Shown one piece after another: positions 1 to 12,474 of a stretch of 64,000 bases of DNA (within the stretch, counting starts at the first letter, position 1; each line of letters starts with the position of its first letter). The position numbers and the translations under genes are program-made. This stretch comes from the human T2T-CHM13v2.0 reference genome, Homo sapiens. The notes under the pieces were generated by a model. The model saw only the letters and a list, made by a program, of their open reading frames with translations, had not been told where the DNA came from and did not search any database. Location of the stretch: the NCBI RefSeq assembly GCF_009914755.1, contig NC_060929.1. One strand, given 5' to 3'.

Positions 1-654
1 GTTTTAGGACACTTGTTTCATGGATGGTTAAGGTCAGTTTGTGTGAAAGAGAACTGAGTGGTTATTGCTACAAACCTATCTGTTTGCAAATTTGCTCTAA
101 GAATCCACTGGGTTTAGAAGAACCGTGTGTGAGATGATAGCAATACGGAATTTCCTCATGTGGTGTTATTCCCAAGAGTGTACAAGAAAGCTGATGGTGG
201 TAGGGATAATGCGTCTTAAAAATAAGGCTTCGTTTGGACAGCTCTGAAAGCAATCTGCTTGTATCAGCCTAAACCTAAAAATACTCCATTTTCAGGGCAA
301 TCTGTTTCAGAAGCTTTTGTCCCCCCGCCCTCCACTTCATTTGATACCATACCCTTTGGTGTCAGCCTTACAACATTGCAAGTTGCTAGTATAATATGTT
401 TTTCCTTCTTTAGCACAAACTGGAGTGATATATTTGATCCACCCTACATAGTCCAATGGATAAAATAACATTCATAACATTCTTCATAATTAATTAAAAA
501 ACCAAACAGTTCCTTTCAATATCAAGGATATAAAACTGATTGCTTTAGATTGCATGAGAACCACTTGCCATTTACTATCTATCCAAAATGGCTGAAACTA
601 AAGCCCATTCATGTGGCTTATATATGCCTGTGTTGGATAGAATGAGGCCTGGAA

Positions 655-682
655 TTTTTTTTTTTTTTTTTTTTTTTTTTTT
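655..682. repeat. Poly(T) tract, 28 nt
   Basis: Uninterrupted T run, counted directly; no Alu or L1 body adjacent. Confidence 0.95.
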
Positions 683-1904
683 GATAATAAGTGGAAGAAA
701 AACAGAACACTGGTTATAGAAACATACTGCCAGGTTAAATGAACATCAAGATCCTACTTTATCAAGATTTCTACTTCATGGATGAAATTAAAATCTCATT
801 TTATGTATTTTGGGTTACATGCAAGAATATATCAAGCATTTGTTATAAACACTGGATGTAAGGAGAAATTTTGGAAAAAAATATTAATTTGTTCTTACAA
901 TTTATGTAGTTAATTCTTGTATCTTCTACCTTTGTTGTGACTAAAAGGCAGAGTAGCAGCTGAAGTTTATCATCTTACAGATCAATGAACACTATCACCC
1001 CAGAACACTAGGGGACTAGGGAAAAAATAATGTATTGCTTCTCTGTCAAAGATGAGAGAAGACAAAGATTTTAATTTATATTTCTTTGCCTTGCATTTAT
1101 TCTCTTCTTTTTAACTGTAGCTCTTCTAGAATAAGTTACTCTGTTATCCTTCAAAATCAATTTTACATTTCCTATTCTATGCAGAGTATATGAAAACTGG
1201 TAAATATTAAATCTTTTATTTCTATTTTTTAAATGCTAAATAACCACAGTTTTAAAAGGAGGAGGGGACCCCTCGGTTACATAGACATTCTGGCCTGTGA
1301 CTTGCTGAATCAACCCCACTTTAGGCAGAGCTACCAAGTCTCCTCCCAAATGGCTTTGAACATTAGGCAGAGTCCTCTGAGGGCTGCTTAGAGGACTGCT
1401 CTTGTGGTGATAAATGCCCTTACTTGCATTTTGCTTTTCAGAATTCCTAATAATGATTGAGTTCTGTTTGTCTCATCTCAGCCTGCCACACCCTGGTCTG
1501 TTTCTCTACAGCCAGCACAAGCCATTTGGCTTCTGCAAATCATTTTAAATTACAATGGCACCACCTTCCTCAATAATTTTCTTCATTTCCTCCACTTATA
1601 CTCAGTGTCGAGGTTAGTCACTAGAAAGAAGACCCTGTGCTCTTACAGAAATGAGGATGAGCCAAATGCATAACAGGTACTAAATTTTGGAAATTTCATG
1701 TGCTTTCTCCCTAGTTTCTCCTCCCTTTCTGTTTGTTTTCCAAGAGTCTCTGCATCAAAACATCTACAGTAATCAAGTAATTATGCTCCAAAACAGAATT
1801 TGTGAATTCTGATAAAAAGCTAGGGGTTAGGGTTAATATGGGCATCGAGCAATGGATTAAATAATACAGTCCTCCTATTTTTGAGCTTTGCTCAGTTTTG
1901 AGAA

Positions 1905-2030
1905 ATAGCATGGCAAAGTGGAAGGAGTCAGACTTGGGTGTGGAACTTAGCCCTGCCACTCACTAGCTCTGTGCACCTGAACACCATTGATTCTCGGAGA
2001 CTTTTGTTTTCTCATTTGTAAAATGAGCCT
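1905..2030 (+). mobile_element. MIR SINE fragment
   Basis: MIR core-like motifs ggagtcagacttggg...gccactcactagctctgtg...ttttctcatttgtaaaatgag. Confidence 0.7.
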
Positions 2031-2558
2031 AAAAAGACACAGATATTGGAGGGGCAGGGCGGTCTGCAAATCCTGGCATCTATTTCATTAAATGATTGTA
2101 GTTACTTGTATTACTACTTACAGCAAAAGGCAGCAAATATTAAACACCTCCATTATCTGCTTATCTTCTAACTTTTAGCACCCGACTGTATATATATATA
2201 TATATTCTCCCCCCTCACTTGTCTAGTTCATTCTTGAAGCAAGTTACTGGAATCCGGATTAGCATATCCATTTCCTTATCCTATCACTGTTTAATATAAC
2301 CTAGAAAATCAATATGTATGTATCCTTTTTGTGATTCTGACATACTCCCTCTCTGCTTCTTGGAATTCCACAAAATCTGTTCATAAATATGATCCAGGAA
2401 AGTAGAGGGCGTTTGTTTAGGGAGTGCTGGGAAGGTCACCTGAGAGTTGGACCAAAGGGCTCATTTACTTTTTCAAACCCATCCCTGTAGGTCCTGAGCC
2501 TCCACCCACTGCTCCTAGTCTGTGTAACACACCCTGATGCCATTTATGTGTTTTAACT

Positions 2559-3057
2559 TGGGGACCCCAACCCTGGGGGCCTGGCCAGTTAGGAACTGGG
2601 CTGCACAGCAGGAGGTGAGCGATGGTACAGCAAGTGAAGCTTAATCTGTATTTACAGCCACTCTGCATGGCTCTCATTACCACCTGAGCTCTGCCTCCTG
2701 TCAGATCAGTGGCAGCATTAGATTCTCATAGAAGCACGAACCCTATTGCGATTGCGCATGTGAAGGATCTAGGTTGCGAGCTCCTTATGAGAACTTAATG
2801 CCTGATGATCTGTCACTGTCTTCCATCAGCCTCAGATGGGCCCTTCTCATTGCAGAAAACAAGCTCAGGGCTCCTACTGATTCTACATTATGGTGAGTTA
2901 TTTCATTATATATTACAATGTAATAATAGAAATAAAGTGCACAATAAATGTAATGCACTTGAATCATCCCAAAACTATCGCCCCACAACCCCCAGTCCAA
3001 GGAAGAACTGCCTTCCACGAAACTGGTCCCTGGTGCCAAAGAGGTTGGGAACCACTA
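2559..3057 (+). mobile_element. MER1A non-autonomous hAT-Charlie DNA transposon
   Basis: About 500 bp with ends ggggaccccaacc / ggttgggaaccact, internal gctctgcctcctgtcagatcagtggcagcattagattctcatag, and a flanking 8-bp repeat TTTTAACT (2551-2558, 3058-3065). Confidence 0.85.
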
Positions 3058-3498
3058 TTTTAACTGAATTTTCAAGCAATCCACTAAGAAAAAATTTATC
3101 AAACTGGTTGTTTGATAAATAAAATCCTAGGAGATGTTGAGAGACCTGGAAGACCCTGCCATAAGCGGTATGATACAAAGGACTTCTCTCCATCTCACTG
3201 TCACTACTGCTACAGCCCTGATGAACATGATCTTTTTCAGTTTGTTAGATTAGGGAAGGAAAAAAATGCCCTGTCAATGCTGCTCTCTAGTTCTTCTGTT
3301 AAATATGTCACGAGTCAGTGAACCCAGAAATAGAAAACATAGATTATAGTTTCCCAGGTATTTTTAGAAATACTTAGAATTTGTTCCCCCGAGAAAATGC
3401 CTTTTTCTCCAGTTATGGTTTCCTCAGCCCCAAGGCCTGTGCTCCCTAAGTGGTAGTATGGAGTGGAGGCTGCTACTCAATTGATGAGAAATTACTAT

Positions 3499-3730
3499 GG
3501 CTGGGCTCAGTGGTATGTAGCCTATAGTCCCAGCTACTCAGGAGGGTGAGGCAAGAGGATAGCTTGAGGCCACAAGTTTGAGACCAGCCTAAGAAATACA
3601 GCACCCCATCGCAGAAAGCAAGAGCAAGAGAGTGAGTGAGAGAGAGGAAAGAAAGGAGAGGAGGAGGAAAAGAAAAGGAGGAAGAGGAAGAAGGAAAGGA
3701 CGGAAGGAAGGAAGGGAGGGAGGAGGAAGA
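3499..3730 (+). mobile_element. FLAM (Alu monomer) with GA-rich low-complexity tail
   Basis: ggctgggctcagtgg...agtcccagctactcaggagg...gagaccagcct monomer of about 120 bp, followed by a purine-rich tract. Confidence 0.8.
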
Positions 3731-3959
3731 CTTACTAGGGCTACAGTGTCAGGAGTACTATATTAGACACTTACGTAACCTTAGGTCCAGCTAAAAGTTG
3801 TGTCTAAGGGAGGCTGTGGTCAGCAGATTGTGGCCAAGCAGAGCAGAACAGAGAGACACTTTGTTCGAGTTTTTCTACTCTGTTAATAACTTGCTTTCCC
3901 TGCGCCTCTTAGGAAAGCAGTCTCTCTCCATAACCCAACTCTTTTCATCTCTGTTGGAG

Positions 3960-4035
3960 ACAGGTCTCATTTAATCCTTTAATTCCTGCATCAGCCCTAT
4001 GTTTATTTCCATTTTACAGATGAAAATACTGGAGG
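3960..4035 (-). mobile_element. MIR fragment
   Basis: tctcatttaatcct...ccattttacagatgaaaatactg matches the MIR core in reverse. Confidence 0.6.
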
Positions 4036-4713
4036 GAGTATCTATTTCTAAAATGAGTTAAAGGAAATAAGTTCCTTTCTCAAAAACTTAAATTATCAAT
4101 TTCCCTGGGGTTTCCTTCCCTGCCCCCCACTCCCAAATAAAGAAGCCTATAAACAAGATAATATTTCTCATTTGTCCATCCTGTCACTTATAAAAATATT
4201 TGAGGACAGTGAATATGCAGTGTCCTCTCCTAAGGTAAAAAATATATATATATTTGCAGACTCTGAACTGGTTCAGCTGAAAGGAAAAGTACACCTGCCC
4301 AGTGGGAGATTATGTGGGTCTGAGTCATAAAAGAAAGAATCCAACAGATCACAGAACGCACTCAGTGTTGCGCCCACATTTGGAGGTGATGCCACCTGTT
4401 ACCTCTGCTGAAGCTGGGTCAGGCAATGAACCCTCAGCCATCCAGGCCCATCACCTCCCCTGCTGAAGAGACTGTGGCCACCAGACCTCCTTAGGTGGTT
4501 GGATGAGGGATGATACAAGATACTAAGATGAAGTCCAAACTATATCTTCACTGTAGAGGAAAAATCAAAATGGCTTTGGTAAGAAAATATTTGGCATAAT
4601 GTGTACCAAAATCCTTCTGGCCATAATATGCTAAGTCTACATTATTTTGCCTAATAATACCTGTACCATCTACCATCCCTTCAGAGTGGGCTGGAGTGAA
4701 CCCACATGCTCAA

Positions 4714-4788
4714 GCACATTTTATATGTAGAACCTGAAGAGACAGGCCTATTCTGGGTAGGCCTTCAGGTTCTACATATAAAATGTGC
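4714..4788. repeat. Perfect 26-bp inverted repeat with 23-bp spacer
   Basis: gcacattttatatgtagaacctgaag (4714-4739) is the exact reverse complement of 4763-4788. Confidence 0.95.
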
Positions 4789-5559
4789 ACAATTCCATGT
4801 TGTACATGAACCTAATTCTTCCTCTATCTCATTTCCTCCCACTTTTGTCTTATTGCTTAAATGGAATTGTTAGGTTGAACATTCATATTTTTGTGGGCTT
4901 TGGGAATGCAAGGCTAAAATTAGCCTGTCTTTCTGTTGGATAAGATCACACAGCCTCAGAGAGGAAACTAACAATGAATAGATAAAAGCACTTTAAATTA
5001 ACCAACAGTTTTATTTTTGAGTTTATAGGAGGAAGTTATATACTATGAAGAAATACTGGCATCACTTAAATATGATTGCGTAAGGAGCTTTTCCCTTTAT
5101 TTTTCTAAAAACCTATTTATACGTGTTCTGAAACATTTTAAGGGAGTTTGAAAATTATAAGTGTCTTTGACAGGGATCGCTGATAGCAAAGGTCTTAAAA
5201 CAGGTTGCTGTGGGGAATAAAAATATTAGGTGGACATTTCCTAGTAAATGTGAAGCAGCCCAAGTGGGGAATCCTTTGTATCTTCATGAGATTCCTATCC
5301 CCTCTCTCTTTTAGAAAAAGCCACAGTAAGAGAATATTTCTTCTGTATAAATAATAGAGAGGACTTGAAAATTAGCAAAAAGCGGAATATTGCTAAATAA
5401 CTTAAATGATTAAATATTTAGAGGGGAAAAAACCCCTTTGCAAAGGCATTTAATGAAAACTTATTTACATACATAGGAGAATAAAGGTAATGACACGCTC
5501 TTATTCTTGACTTTGATAATTTAAAAACTGTAAGTAAAAACTATTTTGGAAAGACAAAA

Positions 5560-7400
5560 AAGGCAAGAAAGCATAAAAAATAAAAAAGTGAGAAAGCACA
5601 AAGCAAGAAGATGAAACCTAGTAGCCTAACAACAAGTACCAATAGTTTAACTCACCCATTTAAAGGATAGAAAATACAAGCTTGGGTTAAAAATAAAATA
5701 AATATATATGCTTTTTATGAAAGAAATGTAAAATAAAATGGCAGGTCAAACTAAAACCCAAGTTCCAGGGGAGAATTCAGGCTGGTCCAAACAAAAAAGT
5801 GGTAGCAATGTTCATTCAGACTAAAGCAAATCAAATGAAAAGTATGAAATCACAAAAAGATGCCATGTTACACTGATAAACATTCAACTGATACTGAAGA
5901 GAAAGCTGCACGAAGTGTATGCACTAAATAACACATATAAGTTAAAACTCTCAGAAATAAAAGGAAAAGCATAATTGTGTGGGAGACTTGAAGATCTCTG
6001 CAGCCTATACAGATCAAAAGGTAATAGACCAAAAATATAGTTTTTCAAAAACCATTACCAAAATTGGCCCAAGAACTAGTAGAAATATGAATAGAAAAAT
6101 AACCATAAAAGAAATAGAAATGTAGTCAAAAATATAACAAGTCAAAAAGCACTCATACCAGTTGCTTTGAAAGAATACTTTGCATTTTATATAAAATCTC
6201 CCTGAGAATTAAATAACATAAAGTTAGCCAACTTATTTTACTAAGTATATGACCCTAAAGTCATAACTAGGCAAGGAAAACGTAAGATAAAGCTACAAAC
6301 CAATCGACATCGAAAGTTGCGTGTAAGAATCCTCAATATAATATTAGAAAACCATATCCAGTGCTATATTAAGACAATAATACAGCATGACCAAGAAAGT
6401 TCAATCAGCCTTTCAAAAATATTAAACCCTAATAATATAATCACAGCATGTAACAGAGTAAAGACAATCATATAATTACTTCAGTCAATACTAAAGCTAC
6501 ATCTGATAAGATTCAACACTCATTCAAAAAATATTTGTAGTAAACTAATAAGATAGAGGAACTTATTTAATTTGATAAAGCATATCTGCAAGATACGAAG
6601 TAACAGCAAAACTCTAGACATAGCCTCCTTACTGACAAGAAGGAGGATGCCCAGCATCATCACTACTGTTCAACACTGTGCCAGAGCCCCAGCCAGTGCC
6701 CCTTCACACTGCTAAACTTCACACTGTTACTCTACACCCAGATGATCAAGATCCAAGCCTGACACACACACATGCACGCACACACACAGTTCAGGAGGAT
6801 TTTTTTTATGACTTTACAGTATGTGAGACCTTCTCACACAAGACAGAAAAAGCAAAAGTCATAAAGGAAAAAATTTAAACATTTGCTTTTGGCAAAATTA
6901 GAAAGTTTCTGATATAAGGTAAAATTATAGGAGAAAAATGTTTACAATACTATATGACAAAAAGGCATTTTTATTCAGAATATACACATGTAGATGGATA
7001 TGGATATAATAGTATTAGATAGATAGATAGATAGATAGATAGACAGATAGATAGATAAAGATAGATCTCTATCTCTCTGTATGGACTATCCATCTATCCA
7101 TAAGTAAAAGACAAAAATCTGGTAGGAAAACAGCAAAGTAAAGGATTTCTACAGCCTACTCACAAAAGAGGCAATAAACATGTGAAGAATACCAAACCTA
7201 CTGATAATAAGAGAAATGTGCAGTAAGACACCAATAAGGCATTATTTTTTCCCAGTAGACAAAGTGTTAACAGTATAACACACATTAGTACGGAATAGGT
7301 AAGGGGAACTAGGTTTCTCATATACTACTAGTCTGAATATTCGTAAACTGGTTCAAAGCTATTTAAGACCACCTATTAAAATTTAAAATGCATATACCTG
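5560..7400 (+). mobile_element. Ancient L1M (L1M4/L1ME-like) ORF2 and 3' fragments
   Basis: A-rich strand with degenerate L1 ORF2 motifs (aatcctcaatataatattagaaaacc, catctgataagattcaacactcattc) and L1M-like 3' sequence. Confidence 0.65.
7016..7066. repeat. (GATA)n microsatellite
   Basis: Direct tandem tagatagatagat..., slightly interrupted. Confidence 0.9.
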
Positions 7401-7636
7401 CTTTGGAAAATTCTCAAATTTCCTTTTTAAGACTGAAAAATAAATAAGTAATAGATGGTGTTTCCCTTTCCTGAGAGAAAGACAAAACTCACAAACTTTG
7501 TTAGCAAGTGAGACAAGGTCTGTGTCTACTGCTCCCAGAAGATCAGTCTCTATTTGCCAGCAAATGAAGCTACCAGGACACTCATTATCGGAGGAGAGAG
7601 AAACATCAAAACACTTCCCTATTTGGTGTCACTTGC

Positions 7637-7703
7637 AGAGAGAGAGAGAGAGACACTGCGTGAGATAGAGAGAGAGAGAGAGCGAGCGCGCGCGAGCGAG
7701 CGC
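7637..7703. repeat. Compound (GA)n/(GC)n microsatellite
   Basis: GA runs ending in gagcgagcgcgcgcgagcgagcgc. Confidence 0.9.
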
Positions 7704-8579
7704 CAAGACACTTGGACCAAGTGCAAAGTGTTTTTCTATTGCCATATTACTTCATAATCAGAATACTATTAAATAGCACTCTCATATTTCTCACAGTCTT
7801 TTCAGACCTCTAGTGAAGATTCCTCTCAAGGCTCCAGGCAAGAGGAACCTGTGCTTTCAGCCTAGCGTTTGCAAGGATCTTGCATATCACACACAGTGAA
7901 ACTTAGGAACATGTATCTTGATGTTATTCTCTTGAAACATTTTAAATAAAGCGTAGTAAAACACCCCTCAAATGGGAATTTCAGGAGAGGAATTATTGTG
8001 CCAAATTATCCCTGCAATCCCAGGCCAGACTATAAAGACCTGGGGACATAAACATGTATTTTGAGCTGGGAGGAGGGAGGAAGTAGATAGTTTTTTGTCC
8101 CTGGTAAACATTCGCACAATCCCACCACTCAGTCTCTTGTTTAGAGTAACACCAGCACCTATAGCCATGCTGGAAGGTCTGTGAACTTTTAACTGCAACT
8201 GTGCTTTTAATATCTTTTTAATTCCAAATGTCTTTAAATAGAGAAACTGCTGAATAAATTGTTATAAATACACAAATTAACAACTTTAAAGTATTTGGAA
8301 GATCTAAAGTTACTCCCCTAGAAAGATCCTTAAGATATATTAATATTTGTTAGCAATAAATACAAACTTCAGAACATTACTAAGAGTAGTAATAAGGCAC
8401 TATACTGGAAGACTTAGATAATGCATTTAGGCAAATGTCATTAGAGCTGTAAGAAAACTATCAAAGCTTTATTTTCAAATATTATAAAACAATTTGACAA
8501 CTCCACAGAATCAATAATAACAATAATTCAAATGATACCAAAATTCAGCAAGTTAATGGGCATAAAAATAGCATGCAGA

Positions 8580-9841
8580 GATTGAAACTGAACCCATTCC
8601 TTACACTATATACAAAAATTAACTCAACATGGATTAAAGACTTAAATGTAAAACCAAAAACTATAAAAAACTCTGGAAGGCAACCTAGGCAGTACCATTC
8701 TGGACACCGAAATGAGCAAATATTTTGAGAAGACACCAAAAGCAACTGAAAGAAAAGCAAAAATTGATAAATGGGATCTAATTAAACCAAAGAGCTTCCG
8801 CACAGCAAAGGAAACTATCAACCGAGTAAACAGACAACCTATAGAATGGGGGAAAATTTCTGCAAGCTATGCATCTGAGGCCTGCTGTCCAACATCTATA
8901 AGGTTTGCTGTCCAGCATCTATAAAGAACTTAAACACATTTATAAGAAAAAACAAACAATCCCATTAAAAATTGGGCAAAGTTCATGAACAGACACTTTA
9001 CCAAAAGAAGACGTACATGCAGCCAACAATCGTGATAAAAAGCTCAACATCACTGATCATTAGAGAAATGCAAATCAAAACCGCAATGAGATGCCACCTC
9101 TCACCAGTCAGAATGGCTATTAATAAAAAGTCAAAAAATAACAGATGCTGGTGAGGTTGTGGAGAAAAAGGAACATTTACACGCTGTCAGTGGGAGTGTA
9201 AATTAGTTCAACCATTGTGGACTACAGTTTGGAAATTCCTCAAAGACCTAAAGATGGAAATACCATTCAACCCAGCAATCCTGTTACTGGCTATATACCC
9301 AAATAAATATACATCATTCCACTATAAAGACACATGCATGTGTATGTTCATTGCAGCACCATTCACAATAGCAAAGACATGGAATCAGCCTAAATTCCCC
9401 ATCAGTGGTAAACTAGATAAAGAAAATGTGGTACATATATACTATGGACTACTATGCAGTCATAATAAAGAACAAGATCATGTCCTTTGCAAGAATAAGG
9501 ATGGAGCTGGAGGTCATTATCCTTATCAAACTAGCACAGGAACAGAAAACCAAATATTGCATGTTCTCACCTATAAGTGGGAGCTAAATTATGAGAACAC
9601 ATGGACACAAAGAGTGGAACAACACATGCTGGGGCCTATTTGAGGGTGGAAGGTGGGAGGGAGGCAGAGGATCAGGAAAAGTAGCTAATGAGTTTCTAGG
9701 CTTAATACCTAAATGACAAAATGGTCTGTACAACAAACCCCTAAGACCCAAGTTTATCTATATAACAGACAAGTTTACCTATATGACACAAGTTTACCTA
9801 TATACCTGCACATGTATCCCTGAACTTAAAAGTTAAATTTA
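8580..9841 (+). mobile_element. 5'-truncated L1PA13-16-like LINE (ORF2 3' end and 3'UTR)
   Basis: ORF fragments [11 protein letters not shown] and [12 protein letters not shown]; 3'UTR gaggatcaggaaaagtagctaatg; TSD aaaaatagcatgc(a/c)ga. Confidence 0.9.
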
Positions 9842-9857
9842 AAAAATAGCATGCCGA

Positions 9858-10157
9858 GGCCGGGTGTGGTGGCTCACACCTGTAATCCCAACACTTTGGG
9901 AGGCCGAGGCAGGCAGATCACCTGAGGTCAGGAGTTCGAGACCAGCCTGACCAACATGGAGAAACCCTGTCGCTGCTAAAAATACAAAATTAGCTGGGCG
10001 TGGGGATGCATGCCTATAATCCCAGCTAGGGGCTGAGGCAGGAAAATCACTTGAACCCGGGAGGTGGAGAGGTTGTGGTGGGCCAAGATCGCGCCATTGC
10101 ACTCCAGCCTGGGCAACATGAGCGAAACTCTGTCTCAGAAAAAAAAAAAAAAAAAAA
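9858..10157 (+). mobile_element. Alu, AluSp-like
   Basis: Full dimer with poly(A); diagnostic ctgaccaacatggagaaacc. Confidence 0.92.
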
Positions 10158-12474
10158 GCATGCAGAAATCAATAGCTTTGATGCACACACCACTAATCAA
10201 TTGGAATATATAATGGTAGTGAGAAACATCCAATTTATAATTACAAAAAAAATACTTAGGAATAAACTTAACAAGAAATGAGCAAAATCCTCATGACAAA
10301 ACTTTAAAACATCCCTGAACGACATAAAAATAGACTTGCACAGATTAGAAAACACCTCTTTTACTTGTATTGAATAGCTCAACATCAGAAAGATGTAAGT
10401 TCTCCTTAGTTTTACAATTTAATGCAATCCCAATTTAAAATATATTAAGAAGCTTTTTAAAATGGAGTTACACAGGTTGATACTGAAGTTCACATAGACA
10501 GAATAAGAATAAAAATACTTATCTTTTTAAAAGCTATGTCTGGTGGTCTTTTCGCCAGAAAAAAATATAACATGGTATAAAACATCTATATTTAAAATAT
10601 TGTGATACTAGCGCAATAATAGACAGAAAGATCAGTGAAATAGAACAGAAATTCTAGAAACAGAGCCAAGTATGTCTGGAAAGTTATTATATAATAAAGG
10701 TGGTATTTCAAGTAATTGGGACACAGATGTACTTTATAATAAATGGGCTGAAACAAGTGAATAGCAATGTGGAAAACATTGGTAAAACTAGAGCCATACT
10801 TCACATCATATGAAGATTAAACTCCAACTGGATCCAAGAGTTACACATAAAAACTGAAACCACACAAGTAATAGAAGACAGCATGGGTGAATTTTTCTAA
10901 AACCCAGGTAGAGTGAAGGGCTTTCTGGAATGCAGGGGCAATAAAAGACACGACTGATAAATTTAACTACATCAAAACAAAAGAATTTTGAATAACAAAG
11001 AAGAACACCTCAACCAACCTCTTTGGATAGAGTCAAAAGCAGATGATACACTGGGAAAAATATTTGTAACACAACACAGATAAAGAACTGAAATCCCTAA
11101 TATTGTAAAAGATTCTTATAATTGAGAGGAAAAAATTCTAAAACTCTGATAGAAAATAGGACGATGGGCAAAAGACAGATGATTTACAATATATATATAT
11201 AATTCTAAACATTTAAAATATATTCATTATATTCATAATATAAGAGATGCAAATTAAAACTATACAAATATATTAATGTCATTTTTCTCAGATTGGTAAC
11301 AACTGAAAGCTTGACAACGTATTTTGTTGTGAACAAAATGAACAGACACTTTCATACTTTTCTTATGGGAATGTAAAAAGGCACACTCCTCCGGGGGGAA
11401 ATTTGACAGCATCTAACAACTTATTTTTCACCCAGAAACCTGTCTTCTAGGTTTATACCATGAAGACACAACTTCAACATTACAAAGGTATATACCCGTG
11501 AGATTGTTAATTACATTACTGTAATTGCAAAACATTGGATGCAACGTGAATGCCTCCATTTTTAAAATTTGTTCAAAATGAAGAACTTTGCAGCTGCACA
11601 AAAGAATGGGGATGATATCTATGAACAGATAGGGAATGACTTCCAGGATTTATTGATAAATGTAAAGAAAGCAAAAGTACAAAAAAAGTGCAAAAGTGTA
11701 TAAATAGTGTATTTGTGTAAAAAAACTTTTTGCAGAAAAGAGACACACTGGAAGGATGAGGCAGAAAGGAACGAAATGGTATCTACAGAAGGTAGGTGGG
11801 AAGAGGCTGGAAGGGAAGGGGGAGTAACTGACACTTGTCTAAGTATATTTTTAAGAAAATTTTTTACTTTCTGAACTATGTTAATATTTTATATACTCAA
11901 AGCATTCTATCAGTGAGAATAGGGGGAAAACCCTAAAACAAAATAATAAACCAAACTAAATGAACCAAATTGTATTCCAAATGAAAAAATAACCATATTA
12001 AGTGAGTGTACTGTGGGAGAAACAACATTAGTAATTCCTTTTTTTATAGAAAAGTTTCAAAAAACAATATGGAGAATTTCCTTATATCCCCTGTTCAGTT
12101 TTCTTAATGTTAATTTCATCAAGAATAAGAAATTAACACTGGTACAATATGAATTAATTTACCTTACTTTAACTAAATAACCTCAATCTAAATAACCTCA
12201 GTTGTCACTAAATAACCTAAGTTTAATAAATGTCAAGACATTTTTTAGGCTTCTTTTTCCCAGTAGTGTTGGTTAGCAATTCTGAAATGACTTTCTCTGT
12301 ACTGAGCAAACGAATAAATATACCGACAGTGGGAACAAGTTTCTCTTGAAGAAGGGACTTAGAATGTGGAATGCTGGCAGATAGGCTAGGAAAAATCTTG
12401 TGGTGTTGGATGGGAATTAGAGGCATCAGTATGAATTTATGGACATATAAATAGTTATAAAAATATGTTTGTAT

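Noticed and set aside
68-468. Track ORFs 68-253 (-) and 259-468 (+) as genes
   Set aside because: Short, non-ATG starts and no recognisable protein similarity.
1649-1676. Possible + strand micro-exon (ctcttacAG...ACAG/gtacta)
   Set aside because: 28 nt is not frame-preserving, the donor is weak, and such motifs are frequent by chance.
9839-10281. Alu-derived ORFs (also at 15801, 22777, 31327, 46034, 60757)
   Set aside because: Standard Alu translation artefacts.
12173-12220. Three copies of ctaaataacct as a mini-array
   Set aside because: Very short AT-rich slippage repeats in decayed L1-rich sequence with irregular spacing.
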